Source of the DNA: Patescibacteria group bacterium
GTDB lineage: Bacteria; Patescibacteriota; Patescibacteriia; SG8-24
Direction: 5' to 3'
Length of the DNA: 64,000 bases
NCBI GenBank assembly: GCA_034716415.1
Contig: JAYEJB010000059.1
Location: 68-64,067 of the forward strand
Shown: positions 17,392 to 26,629 of the stretch, in pieces
How the letters are laid out: every line of letters starts with the position of its first letter
Position numbering within the stretch: position 1 is the stretch's first letter
Translations under genes and position numbers: made by a program
The notes under the pieces: model-generated
Told to the model about the DNA's origin: nothing
Seen by the model: the letters and a program-made list of their open reading frames with translations, nothing else
The model's database searches: none

Positions 17392-17481
17392 GTCATTGCG
17401 AGACCGGAAGCCACGGTAATCCCGTCGTCACGAGCCGAAATGACGGGATTGCTTCGTCGGCTGCGGCCTCCTCGCAATGAC
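17392..17481. repeat. GTCATTGCGAG REP element, copy 3
   Basis: GTCATTGCGAG...CTCGCAATGAC between convergent genes. Confidence 0.85.
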
Positions 17482-17518
17482 AAAGAAGGGTGTCTCCGCC
17501 CCTTCTCACCTTCTCGCT

Positions 17519-18898
17519 CTAATAATCCCTCAACTTGATGATGTCCGGATGTTCTTTTATCTTCTCCAGCGCTTTCGCTTCGATCTGTCTGATACGTTCC
17601 CTGGTGACATCGAACTCCTGCCCGACCTCTTCCAGTGTGTGACTGACACCATCGATCAGACCGAATCGCATCTCCAGGATCTTCTGCTCCCGGGGCGACA
17701 ACTCCTGGATGATCTCTTTCACGTAATCTTTCAAAAGCTGCAACGCGGCGGCGCGGTTCGGCGCGACGTTCTTGACGTCCTCCACAAAGTCAACGAGTGT
17801 CGAATCCTCGTCGTCCTCACCGACCGAAGTCTCCAGCGAGACCGTATCCTGCGAAATCTTGATGATGTGCCGCACCTTGTCGACCTCTTCCCCCATCTCC
17901 GCGGCGATCTCCTCGGGAAGCGGCTCGCGACCGAGGTCCTGGATGAGCTGCCGTTCGATCTGCTGGAACCGATTGATCGTCTCGACCATGTGCACGGGAA
18001 TACGGATGGTCCGGGACTGATCCGCGAGCGCCCGCGTGATCGCCTGTCTGATCCACCACGTCGCGTAGGTCGAAAACTTGTACCCTTTACGATACTCGAA
18101 CTTCTTGACCGCGCGGAACAATCCGATGTTGCCTTCCTGAATGAGGTCGAGCAGTGACAGCTGCTTGCCGACGAACTTCTTCGCGATCGATACCACCAGA
18201 CGCAAGTTCGCTTCGATCAGCCTCTTCTCGGCCTCGCGATCGTTGCGCTCCTTGCGTTTGGCGAGCGCGACCTCCTGTTCGGCGTTCAACAGAGGTATCT
18301 TGCCGATCTCGCGTAAGTACATCTGAATAGAATCCGCGGAGATGTCCGTCAAGTCGAAACGCTTCTTTTCTTTGCTCATCCTGATCTGATCCAGAAGCTG
18401 CTCACGATCTTCCTTCCGGCCGATAATCCCCTCTTTCATCTCGATGACGCCGATGCCGATGCCGTCCAATTCATCCAGGAACTTCTCATAGAGATCGGTG
18501 TATTCCTCAAGATCGTTAAAGACGTACAGAACTTCCGGCTCCGTGATGAATCCGCGCTGCTGACCCTTTTCGATCAATACGGCAATCCTTTCCAGCGTCG
18601 GCGGCGCGGATTTCTCCCGTTTTGTCGCTCTGTGTTTGACCGGAGCTTTCTTCTTCGAGACGACCTTCTTAGCTGGCTTCTTCACGGCCTTCTTCTTCGG
18701 GACGGCTTTCTTCTTCGGGACGGCTTTCTTCTTCGAGACGGCTTTCTTCTTCGAGACGACCTTCTTAGCTGGCTTCTTCACGGCCTTCTTCTTCGGGACG
18801 GCTTTCTTCTTCGAGACGACCTTCTTGGCCGGTTTCTTCACGGCCTTCTTCTTCGGAGCGGCCTTCTTCTTCGTCGTTTTCGTTGCTTTCTTCGCCAT
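17519..18898 (-). CDS. rpoD: Primary sigma factor with Lys/Ala-rich histone-H1-like N-terminal extension
   Basis: [72 protein letters not shown]. Confidence 0.96.
   Translation of the reverse strand: MAKKATKTTKKKAAPKKKAVKKPAKKVVSKKKAVPKKKAVKKPAKKVVSKKKAVSKKKAVPKKKAVPKKKAVKKPAKKVVSKKKAPVKHRATKREKSAPPTLERIAVLIEKGQQRGFITEPEVLYVFNDLEEYTDLYEKFLDELDGIGIGVIEMKEGIIGRKEDREQLLDQIRMSKEKKRFDLTDISADSIQMYLREIGKIPLLNAEQEVALAKRKERNDREAEKRLIEANLRLVVSIAKKFVGKQLSLLDLIQEGNIGLFRAVKKFEYRKGYKFSTYATWWIRQAITRALADQSRTIRIPVHMVETINRFQQIERQLIQDLGREPLPEEIAAEMGEEVDKVRHIIKISQDTVSLETSVGEDDEDSTLVDFVEDVKNVAPNRAAALQLLKDYVKEIIQELSPREQKILEMRFGLIDGVSHTLEEVGQEFDVTRERIRQIEAKALEKIKEHPDIIKLRDY
18645..18860 (-). repeat. Coding tandem repeats in the rpoD N-terminus
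   Basis: Identical 60-bp units at 18645-18704 and 18741-18800, a variant at 18801-18860, and two 18-bp units. Confidence 0.9.
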
Positions 18899-18959
18899 AA
18901 CTCAAAATTCGTGAGTGCCCCTAAATTCCGAGGACACATAAACGGACCGTTCGGGACGG

Positions 18960-20777
18960 TTAACCCATGATTTCGTTCAATTGTTCCTGTATCTCCCGAA
19001 TTCTTTCCATGTCACCCTTTTTTTCTGCCGCGCCCATGGCCCGGGCTAATTCTTGTTTTTGACGGCTTATTTGGAGCGATTCGAGTTCTCCGATAAGTTT
19101 GCCCATCTCTTCCGCGCGCTGTTCGGGGGTCAGTCCACCGAACTCCTTTTCCGCAAGGAGTTCCAGGATTACGGCCCTGCGCGCTTCTTCATGACTTTCG
19201 CGCGCTTCCAACCAGACGTGAAACGATGGAGCATTGTCGCCATCGTGCTGAATTGCATTATAGAAACCCCTGAAACTACTGTAAAGTCCGGCATATTCAG
19301 GATGTATACCCTCGGACAGGACCGACTCAATCAATCTTCGGGCTTCTTGGGGCCAGGAAAAGGCCATTCCGACCACATATTCGGTCACCAACGACTCGCG
19401 ATTTTTACTCTTTTTAGCCTTAATTGGCGCATCTGTCGTCGGGTCCGGACTGACCTTCCGACCCTCATACTTTCCGACTTTCAGACCCTTCAATTTCTCG
19501 AAAAGAAGCGATTCCGGCGTACTGAACAGCTGTGCGGCCTTGGTAACCCAATGAGATCGTTCCACCGGATCCGGAATCTTAGCCACCTCGCGCAGAAGTT
19601 CGTCGGCTGACCTGCGTTTCGACTCCCCATCACCGAAATCCGTCCGCTCCGAAGCGATTTCGGTGTACCAAGCCATGTACGGCACCGCGTCCTCGATCGC
19701 TTTCTTCCAGAGCTCGACATCTTTTCTGATACAGTCATCCGGATCCTTGCCGACACCTTCGGGAAGACGCAACACGCGGACAGCGAATCCCGCCGCGACA
19801 GCCGAATCGATCCCGCGACGCGCGGCGTTCTCGCCGGCGGCATCATCATCGAACGACAGCACGACCCGATCCGCGAACCGCTTGAGGACGGTAAGATGAT
19901 CGTCGGTAAGCGCAGTTCCGGAACTCGCGATAACGTTACGGACGCCCGCCTGATGCGATGAGATGACGTCCATGTTCCCCTCGACCACGACCACGGATCT
20001 CTGTTTCCTGATGTCCTGTTTAGCGAGATTGATGCCGTACAAGGCACGGCTCTTATTGTAGATCAGTGTCTGTGGCGTGTTGACGTACTTCGGACCGTCC
20101 GGATCCTTGCCGTCCGCGCCCGGCATGATACGTCCGGTGAATCCGATCACTTCTCCGTTCACGTCGAATATCGGAAACATCAATCTCCCGCGGAAACGAT
20201 CGTACTGTCCGGTGCCCCGTTCACTCTTCACCGCCAACCCCGCGTTGAATATCTCCTGCTCATTGAAGTCACGCTCCTTCAGGAAAGACGATGTGGCTTC
20301 CCAGGAATCCGGCGAAAAACCGAGCATGAAATTCTCAACGGTCTCATCCGACAACGCGCGACACTTCACGTATTCCCTGGCCGCCTCCGCTTTCGGAGAC
20401 TCAAGCAGTATCTTGTGGTACAGCTTGGCGGCCAGTCCGTTGACCTCGTACAACCTGCGTTTCTCCGAACGCTGTCCGTCGTCGGGCCGCCGCTCAAGTT
20501 TGACGCCGGCCTTTTCCGCGAGAAGACGCAGTGCGTCCGGAAATTCCAGCCCCTCTATCTTCATGACGAAGCTGAACATGTCGCCCCCTTCGCCGCAACC
20601 GAAGCAATGCCAGATCTGCTTGTCCTGCGAAACGAAAAACGACGGGGTCTTCTCCTGATGGAACGGGCAAGGCGCCTTGAAAGACGTCCCTGCCTTACGG
20701 AGCTGCATGAAATCACCGATTACCTCGACTATGTCGAGCCGGTTCTTGATCTCCTCGACTGCGCCGTCTCCTGACAT
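18960..20777 (-). CDS. dnaG: DNA primase
   Basis: CPFHQEKTPSF...HCFGC zinc finger, PKYVNTP, VVEGNMDV, TOPRIM FDDDAAG, KDPDD. Confidence 0.97.
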   Translation of the reverse strand: MSGDGAVEEIKNRLDIVEVIGDFMQLRKAGTSFKAPCPFHQEKTPSFFVSQDKQIWHCFGCGEGGDMFSFVMKIEGLEFPDALRLLAEKAGVKLERRPDDGQRSEKRRLYEVNGLAAKLYHKILLESPKAEAAREYVKCRALSDETVENFMLGFSPDSWEATSSFLKERDFNEQEIFNAGLAVKSERGTGQYDRFRGRLMFPIFDVNGEVIGFTGRIMPGADGKDPDGPKYVNTPQTLIYNKSRALYGINLAKQDIRKQRSVVVVEGNMDVISSHQAGVRNVIASSGTALTDDHLTVLKRFADRVVLSFDDDAAGENAARRGIDSAVAAGFAVRVLRLPEGVGKDPDDCIRKDVELWKKAIEDAVPYMAWYTEIASERTDFGDGESKRRSADELLREVAKIPDPVERSHWVTKAAQLFSTPESLLFEKLKGLKVGKYEGRKVSPDPTTDAPIKAKKSKNRESLVTEYVVGMAFSWPQEARRLIESVLSEGIHPEYAGLYSSFRGFYNAIQHDGDNAPSFHVWLEARESHEEARRAVILELLAEKEFGGLTPEQRAEEMGKLIGELESLQISRQKQELARAMGAAEKKGDMERIREIQEQLNEIMG

Positions 20778-20788
20778 GTACCTGTCCG

Positions 20789-21601
20789 TTATTTAGTCAC
20801 GTCGATCAGCTGATCCATACTTAACCGCGACGGCATGACGTTGGGCGCCAAGTCACCGCCACAGATCAGCATCTGCTTCGAATGATGGAAAAACCAGCCG
20901 GCATCCGGTTCACGCCTCTTGAGCTCATCATTGATGGGTGTGAGGTCGATACCGCTTTCGACGCTGGCGCGGATGGAATGATAACTGTGCGCCACGTTCA
21001 TGGTCACGACCAGATTGAAACCCTTCCTGTAGGCGAAGACGTCGGCATCATGAGCCGATGTCTCGATCGCGACCGCCAGACCGACCATGGATTCGAATTC
21101 GATCCGCTTCTCCCAGTCTTTTTCGAGTCGGATCAGGTTGAACTGTGTGTGCAGTAGCGCGTCAAGGATGGCGAACCCGATCGACGCGACCGCGTGCGAA
21201 TCCTTGCCGGCCCGGTCATACTCTCCGCGCAGGACCGCCGACACGCTGAAGTCACGATACTCGATCATCGCCAGTTTGCCGGTATCCTCAAGAAGGACCC
21301 AGTCGACGACGCGACCGAGCGCCTTGGTGATATTACCCTCCAGACTCGCCTTCTCCCTGACATAAGCGAGAACCAACGAGGCAGAACACTCGCCATGGTC
21401 GCCCTTATGCTCATCGAACTTTCCGCGCCCGACTCCGACATAAGTCTTGTTGGGGTCAGCCTCATCCGCGCCACCCTCAACGGGTCCGGCGTTCGCGAAA
21501 TCGATACCGGCGTTCTGATAATCAGGCAGAAAGCGTTTCAAGAGCCACATCGCGCAGACGTCGTCGAGATGGGGCCTGTGGTGAGTGAGAATCGTCTTCA
21601 T
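20789..21601 (-). CDS. MYG1/ChrB-like DHH-related metal-dependent protein
   Basis: THHRPHLDDVCAMWLL, GRGKFDEH, WFFHHSKQML; start trimmed to MKTIL. Confidence 0.7.
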   Translation of the reverse strand: MKTILTHHRPHLDDVCAMWLLKRFLPDYQNAGIDFANAGPVEGGADEADPNKTYVGVGRGKFDEHKGDHGECSASLVLAYVREKASLEGNITKALGRVVDWVLLEDTGKLAMIEYRDFSVSAVLRGEYDRAGKDSHAVASIGFAILDALLHTQFNLIRLEKDWEKRIEFESMVGLAVAIETSAHDADVFAYRKGFNLVVTMNVAHSYHSIRASVESGIDLTPINDELKRREPDAGWFFHHSKQMLICGGDLAPNVMPSRLSMDQLIDVTK

Positions 21602-21664
21602 AGGGCTTAAAGTAGCCAAATTAGCCCAAGATGTTGAGCTTCTCTTATTCCTTAAATTAACCAT

Positions 21665-21694
21665 AAAAAAGAGATGCCGTGAAGAGCGGCATCT
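21665..21694 (-). terminator. Intrinsic terminator
   Basis: AGATGCCG-ctcttca-CGGCATCT followed by CTTTTTT on the minus strand. Confidence 0.7.
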
Positions 21695-21705
21695 GAAGGG
21701 GCGCT

Positions 21706-21858
21706 TTACTTGCTGGCGCTATATTCGTCGGCCAGACTGCTTATCTTGTGCTTCTCCTCGTCGGTCATCGTCCGGGTATCCCCTGTCTCTTCCATTACGC
21801 TCTGTCCGAAGTCGACACTGTTCCATCCGGAATCGTAACACTGTGCGGCCTCAGGCAA
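21706..21858 (-). CDS. Small ORF or gene remnant (~50 aa)
   Basis: LPEAAQCYDSGWNSVDFGQSVMEETGDTRTMTDEEKHKISSLADEYSASK* ends just before the terminator; start uncertain. Confidence 0.35.
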   Translation of the reverse strand: MPEAAQCYDSGWNSVDFGQSVMEETGDTRTMTDEEKHKISSLADEYSASK

Positions 21859-21980
21859 CGTGCACCATCTGCTCTTAACCGCCGACGATCATCTCAAAGA
21901 GCGGGAAACGGCTTTGTCGGGACATCTGATTCTCCTGACATCGACGTAAAAATCCCGTCCAATCGGGATTCTCACGTCGG

Positions 21981-22068
21981 TGGCGGAGGGAGAGGGATTT
22001 GAACCCTCGAGACCTCTCGGCCTACCCGCTTTCCAAGCGGGCGCACTAGACCACTATGCGACCCCTCC
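21981..22068 (-). tRNA. tRNA-Ser(GGA)
   Basis: GGAGGGG...CCCGCTTGGAAAGCGGG, long variable arm, GAGGGTTCAAATCCCTCTCCCTCCGCCA. Confidence 0.97.
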
Positions 22069-22110
22069 GCAGTGGTAGTGGCGTATCGTATTGTAGAACG
22101 AGAAACCACT

Positions 22111-22302
22111 CTATGCAAGGCGTGAAGCGGGCGGATGCCCGCGATGTCCGACTAACTCCGTCTCAAGTCTGATGCGCAACTCCTTCCGACCGTCAGTGGA
22201 TTTCAGATACCTTTCTCTGCGTAAGGCATCACGTTTTGTCGTATACGCCTCATAGCACATCAAAAGAAGAGGCTTTCACCCCTTCGTCGATCTGACCGAA
22301 CC
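22111..22302 (-). pseudogene. C-terminal remnant of a small GIY-YIG nuclease
   Basis: GSVRSTKG*KPLLLMCYEAYTTKRDALRRERYLKSTDGRKELR with an internal TGA; N-terminal GIY-YIG motif missing. Confidence 0.75.
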
Positions 22303-22354
22303 ACTAGACCACTATGCGACCCCTCCGCAGTGGTAGTGGCGTATCGTATTGTAG
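22302..22354. repeat. 53-bp direct repeat of the tRNA-Ser 5' end plus leader
   Basis: Identical to 22044-22096. Confidence 0.92.
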
Positions 22355-22385
22355 CCCTAAATTCACTCTGACAGCAAGGACCGGA

Positions 22386-24155
22386 TCAGTTAACCTTCCA
22401 AACATGCACCAACGGCCTATCTTCGTCCGCCAAGGTCTCAAAAATGTACATCAGACTATTGTCACGATCGAATGCCATGGCTCCGACCTGGAACATCACC
22501 TGATCAGATCCGTTCCTGAACATGAACGGCTCAAGGTCCACGGTCGCATACGGTTGTGGTTCCCACGATTCCATCGTACCGGCGGCGACAGCGGCCAGGT
22601 CCGCTGGATCATACATTATCAACTGCGCGACCATTTCCGTGCTCCACCAGCCGCGGGACAACGCGCAATCCAGACACGGGCCATTGATATCACCGTACCA
22701 GTAGTCACCGAGTCCTTTGGTGCCGACAATCGCCACTGCCGCGCGATTCCCTGCCGAGAGCCAGGCCGCGCCGGTCCAGGTGTCAGTGTGATGGTATCCG
22801 TCCATCGTCCTGGCCGTGTCGCTGAAAAGAGCGTCGTTCACGTACGAAGTATCGTATTGCAGCAAAGTTGTCGTGCCGAGCCGTGAACCGGGAGCCGGTG
22901 GATTTCCATCCTGCCAGGGCGCGACAGCGAAGAGCGGCGGGCCCTGACCCGACCAACCGCCGTCGCGATAGCGTCCGGTGATGAGTGTGCGCCCTCCCGT
23001 GTATGCCGCGGCCCAGTCGACGGGCGCTCCGAACATGTAATCGTTGGTGCTGTAGTTATTGCCGTCCGCGACCCACCAGGACCCTCGGGTGTCCGGACTC
23101 GACAGATCGACGTCGCACCACATATGCGACGGGATGTCTTCCGGCGTGCCGGTCTCCTGAAAGTGTTGGCCCCACGCCAGATGCAGCTTGTCGTTCTCCG
23201 GCATATATTCCATGCCGACACGGATGATCTCCACGAATGGATCGAACAGTCCTCCCCTGACGTCCGTGAAATCCTGAAGCGCGACCGCACGATTGAGATC
23301 CACTGGATCCTTCGTCGCCGATATTATCGGTGCGGGAATAGTGACCTCCGATACGCTCATGTTCCAGGCGTGTCCCGTGCCGAACAGCGAACCCGGGTAA
23401 CCGTCGGTCGGGCCGGTGCTGTCACCGGCCGGGTAATGGGTCATGGCATCACCACCCCACTCCCAACCCATCCATTCCGGATGCGTGGGCAGGCGGAAAG
23501 TCCCGCGGTACTCGAAGTCCGAGGCCTGAATCAGGCTGATACCGGTCGGTGTCGGGACTGGAGTCGGATCAGGTTCCGGTTCGGGCGCGGGCGACGGTGA
23601 AGGTGTCGGCGCCGGTGTTCCGGTCAGCCCCTTATCCGTCCTGATATCAGCCGCGCCCGCCATCTGTCCGGAGGGGCTGAAATCGGAACCGCTCTCGACC
23701 GGACGGTCTTCGGTCCTGTAGTTCACGAAAAACGCATCCGGGATGTCACGTACCTGATACCTCCAGTCGGTCCCGTACATTTCACGCGCGGCCGTTTCGT
23801 TCTTGACCCAACGAAGCACGCCGCCCCGCTCGACCGCGTAGACCATGGGCGACGAGATTATCTTGACCAACAGCTTGCCGGGACGATACGTCACGTTTCC
23901 ACCAAGCGGAATGTCCGCGAGTAATCCGGAAGTCACGGTGACCACTCCGGAAAAATCGTCATACCAGCTGAAATACGTCTTCGAGTCCGGAAAGACGTAA
24001 CGATTACCGTCGCTGTAGTAATAGACGGCTGCGTATTCATCCGATTTGATGAGCGACCCGTCGGCCAGCTCGCCCATGTCACTGACCGCCGCGACAGGCG
24101 AACCTAGCATGACGATTGCCAGCAGGACTATCGCTATGGATATGGTTCTTTTCAT
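22386..24155 (-). CDS. Secreted protein: CPR-type N-terminal surface repeats, Pro/Thr linker, beta-rich passenger domain
   Basis: Signal peptide; GSLIKS...AVYYY.DGNRYVFP..KTYFSWY.DFS.V module; PAPTPSPSPAPEPEPDPTP linker. Confidence 0.85.
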   Translation of the reverse strand: MKRTISIAIVLLAIVMLGSPVAAVSDMGELADGSLIKSDEYAAVYYYSDGNRYVFPDSKTYFSWYDDFSGVVTVTSGLLADIPLGGNVTYRPGKLLVKIISSPMVYAVERGGVLRWVKNETAAREMYGTDWRYQVRDIPDAFFVNYRTEDRPVESGSDFSPSGQMAGAADIRTDKGLTGTPAPTPSPSPAPEPEPDPTPVPTPTGISLIQASDFEYRGTFRLPTHPEWMGWEWGGDAMTHYPAGDSTGPTDGYPGSLFGTGHAWNMSVSEVTIPAPIISATKDPVDLNRAVALQDFTDVRGGLFDPFVEIIRVGMEYMPENDKLHLAWGQHFQETGTPEDIPSHMWCDVDLSSPDTRGSWWVADGNNYSTNDYMFGAPVDWAAAYTGGRTLITGRYRDGGWSGQGPPLFAVAPWQDGNPPAPGSRLGTTTLLQYDTSYVNDALFSDTARTMDGYHHTDTWTGAAWLSAGNRAAVAIVGTKGLGDYWYGDINGPCLDCALSRGWWSTEMVAQLIMYDPADLAAVAAGTMESWEPQPYATVDLEPFMFRNGSDQVMFQVGAMAFDRDNSLMYIFETLADEDRPLVHVWKVN

Positions 24156-24173
24156 ACGATTATTCCATTCCGG

Positions 24174-25700
24174 TCAGGAACGATCCTGATCCCCGACCAT
24201 CTCCACCATCGCTTCTGAAATCATTCCGTCGGTCATGTGCTCGATCGGAGCCCAGTCGTCAGTGAAGACACCGGTATCACCGTCATAAGCCACGCGTCGC
24301 GCCGCCAGGAAGGCTTCCGCGACATCCGCGTAATCCTCGGGGAGGCTGCCCGCGACCGCGGTGAAATCAGGCGCGGTATTCCCGGCGATAACGAGCCAGT
24401 TCCACGAACTGCCGGCCTTGAGCACGTAGACATGAGGGAAGACCGAGGCGACCGTGTTGGTCATGACCGTCAGCAGGCGCGAATCGGCATGCGGGGCGTT
24501 GATGTTCATCGCGGCAAAACCCCGGTCAGACAGCCTATCGCGGACCGAAGAAAAGAATTCCCGGGACGCCATGTGAGACGGGATATACAACTGCGTACTG
24601 TACGCGTCGATGATGATGTTATCGTACTGTTCGTCACCGGAAGTCAGGAATTCCCGACCGTCCCGCTCGACGATCTTCAGGGGCAGTTCATCCAGTGCGA
24701 AATACTGCCTGGCTGCGTCGACGACCGCACCATCTATCTCCACGCCCACGATATCCATGACGGTTCCGTCCGGTAGCGCGGAAACGTACTGTCTGACCAG
24801 GGTACCACCGGCAAGACCCAGGACAGCAGCCTTCGAGTGAGGCGTCTCGCTGCCTCCGAGAAACGGAATAGCCGCGAAATGGTCGTAATAATAACGCGTC
24901 CTCCCGCCATCAGGCCGGTAGACCGACTGAACACCGCTCGCTTCGTTGAACGTCAGATAACGGATGCCGCCCCGCTCCTCGATCCTGATGAGCTGATACG
25001 GGGAGTCATGCTCGTAGACCACGGTTTCGGGCCTGCTCCTTCCCTGAACGACGACAAGCGATATCGCCAGCGCCACGACACAGACCGCGATCGGCCTCAT
25101 CACACCCCGCACGAACAGCATCCCGAGAACGCCGAGCACTACCGCAATGGAAATCATGGTCGCGCGCACCCCGAATTCCGGTACGAATACGAGTGTCGGA
25201 GTCACGGTTCCGATGACACTGCCGACAGTCGATATCGCGAAATACTTTCCGGCTACAGCGCCGACATCTTCACCGTCCTCGGCCCATCTCGCGAGTATGA
25301 ACGGCCCAGCCATGGCAAGCAGGAAGACGGGCAGCGAAAAAACCAGGAACGAAACCAGAAGCGAACCCGCAAAAAGCACGGCGGTCGCTCCGCCGAAATC
25401 GGTCAAAAGTTTCGGCACAGAAACGGAAATCCTGCCTGTAGCCCACATGCCCAGCATGAGAAGGACAGATGCCCCGCACAGGAACAACCCCAAGACGCGC
25501 GCATCGGCGAACCTGGACGTGAGCTTACCTCCGAACCAGTAACCCAACGACATCGACAACAGCACGGTCACGATAAGCGCCGTCCAGACGAACAACGACG
25601 CGCCGAAATGCGGCGCCAGCACCCGTGACGCCGTAATCTCGATCGCCATCACCGACGCACCGACGGTAAAAGCCGTGACAGCAAGCATGACGGATTTCAT
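24174..25700 (-). CDS. Fused membrane transporter-like / spermidine synthase domain protein
   Basis: EITASRVLAPHFGAS, ~7 TM segments, SPYQ.I, VLGLAGG, VEIDGAVV, DNIIIDAY, FTDDWAP; start approximate. Confidence 0.88.
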   Translation of the reverse strand: MKSVMLAVTAFTVGASVMAIEITASRVLAPHFGASLFVWTALIVTVLLSMSLGYWFGGKLTSRFADARVLGLFLCGASVLLMLGMWATGRISVSVPKLLTDFGGATAVLFAGSLLVSFLVFSLPVFLLAMAGPFILARWAEDGEDVGAVAGKYFAISTVGSVIGTVTPTLVFVPEFGVRATMISIAVVLGVLGMLFVRGVMRPIAVCVVALAISLVVVQGRSRPETVVYEHDSPYQLIRIEERGGIRYLTFNEASGVQSVYRPDGGRTRYYYDHFAAIPFLGGSETPHSKAAVLGLAGGTLVRQYVSALPDGTVMDIVGVEIDGAVVDAARQYFALDELPLKIVERDGREFLTSGDEQYDNIIIDAYSTQLYIPSHMASREFFSSVRDRLSDRGFAAMNINAPHADSRLLTVMTNTVASVFPHVYVLKAGSSWNWLVIAGNTAPDFTAVAGSLPEDYADVAEAFLAARRVAYDGDTGVFTDDWAPIEHMTDGMISEAMVEMVGDQDRS

Positions 25701-25849
25701 CTTATGTTTGACCGTATTTATCATATAGACACACTTTTTTTCCATACCGACGATGGGGCAGGAAGGGTCGAGCTGGAGCGGAGAAAGGGAACAAAGCGGA
25801 GATTGAAATTTTTCTCCGCTCTCTCTGCTTTCTCTACTCAATTTCCTCC

Positions 25850-26629
25850 TCAACTTTCTATTTTTCCAACTTCCTCTCTCTTTACCAACATCCACACACC
25901 CACTCCCACCAACACCATCGCCCCGTACTGCGCCGGTGTCAAATACAGATACCGCGCGTCCGCGTTGGGCAAGTCCCAAGCACGCAGGAAATCGAGAATT
26001 ATCCTGACGATGCCATAGATAATCAATAGCGCGGGCAGATAACGCCAGCGGTCGGCACCGATCTCCCAGCCCCGACGCCACATTATCAGGAACAGCGCGA
26101 ATATACCGAAGCCTGTCAGGGACAACAGCAGTCCGTGATCGAGCCTCGCGCCACCCGGAAAATCGACCGCAAGGAAAAAATCAGTCAGTACGCCCGGATG
26201 GTCATGGATGAGGAAACAACCTAACCTTCCGATCCCGTAACCGATCGGCAGAACGAACGCCCCGACTTCGACATGGCGACGCAATGGTATCTTGCGTCTC
26301 CTGGCGAATAGCCACGCACCGAGCGCGGCACCGAGGTATCCGCCGAAGCTGGACATGCCGCCCTCCCAGACCCGAAAAATCCACAACGGATCCTCCAGCG
26401 TGTGTGACAATCCGTAGAACAATACGAAAATGACGCGCCCGAATATAAGCGCCCCGACCATTACCCAGATCGCCAAATCCATCAGCACGTTCGGATCGAG
26501 TCCGCGCTTGCGCGCGATTCTCCTGCCGACAAATAGCGCCACCAGTAGTCCGGAGGCGACCATGAACCCCCACACATGGATCGTCAGGGGGCCTAGTTGA
26601 ACAGACGAGAATTCGAGATATGGAATCAT
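25850..26629 (-). CDS. lgt: Prolipoprotein diacylglyceryl transferase
   Basis: GPLTIHVWG, RVWEGGMSSFGG, IGRLGCF, RIILDFLR. Confidence 0.88.
   Translation of the reverse strand: MIPYLEFSSVQLGPLTIHVWGFMVASGLLVALFVGRRIARKRGLDPNVLMDLAIWVMVGALIFGRVIFVLFYGLSHTLEDPLWIFRVWEGGMSSFGGYLGAALGAWLFARRRKIPLRRHVEVGAFVLPIGYGIGRLGCFLIHDHPGVLTDFFLAVDFPGGARLDHGLLLSLTGFGIFALFLIMWRRGWEIGADRWRYLPALLIIYGIVRIILDFLRAWDLPNADARYLYLTPAQYGAMVLVGVGVWMLVKREEVGKIES

Noticed and set aside
21665-21900. Possible tmRNA: the minus strand GGATGGAACAGTGTCGAC resembles a tmRNA 5' end, followed by an ADEYSASK* tag-like frame
   Set aside because: No GGGG acceptor start, no T-arm/CCA piece and no complementary acceptor strand nearby; better explained as a small ORF plus terminator
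22276-22278. In-frame TGA in the GIY-YIG fragment as a sign of genetic code 25 or selenocysteine
   Set aside because: Many intact genes here end in TGA (vsr, ackA, murJ) and the fragment is also 5'-truncated, so it is a pseudogene
25701-26081. N-terminal extension of the spermidine-synthase-like ORF
   Set aside because: Overlaps lgt and a 9-mer repeat array; family similarity begins near 25700
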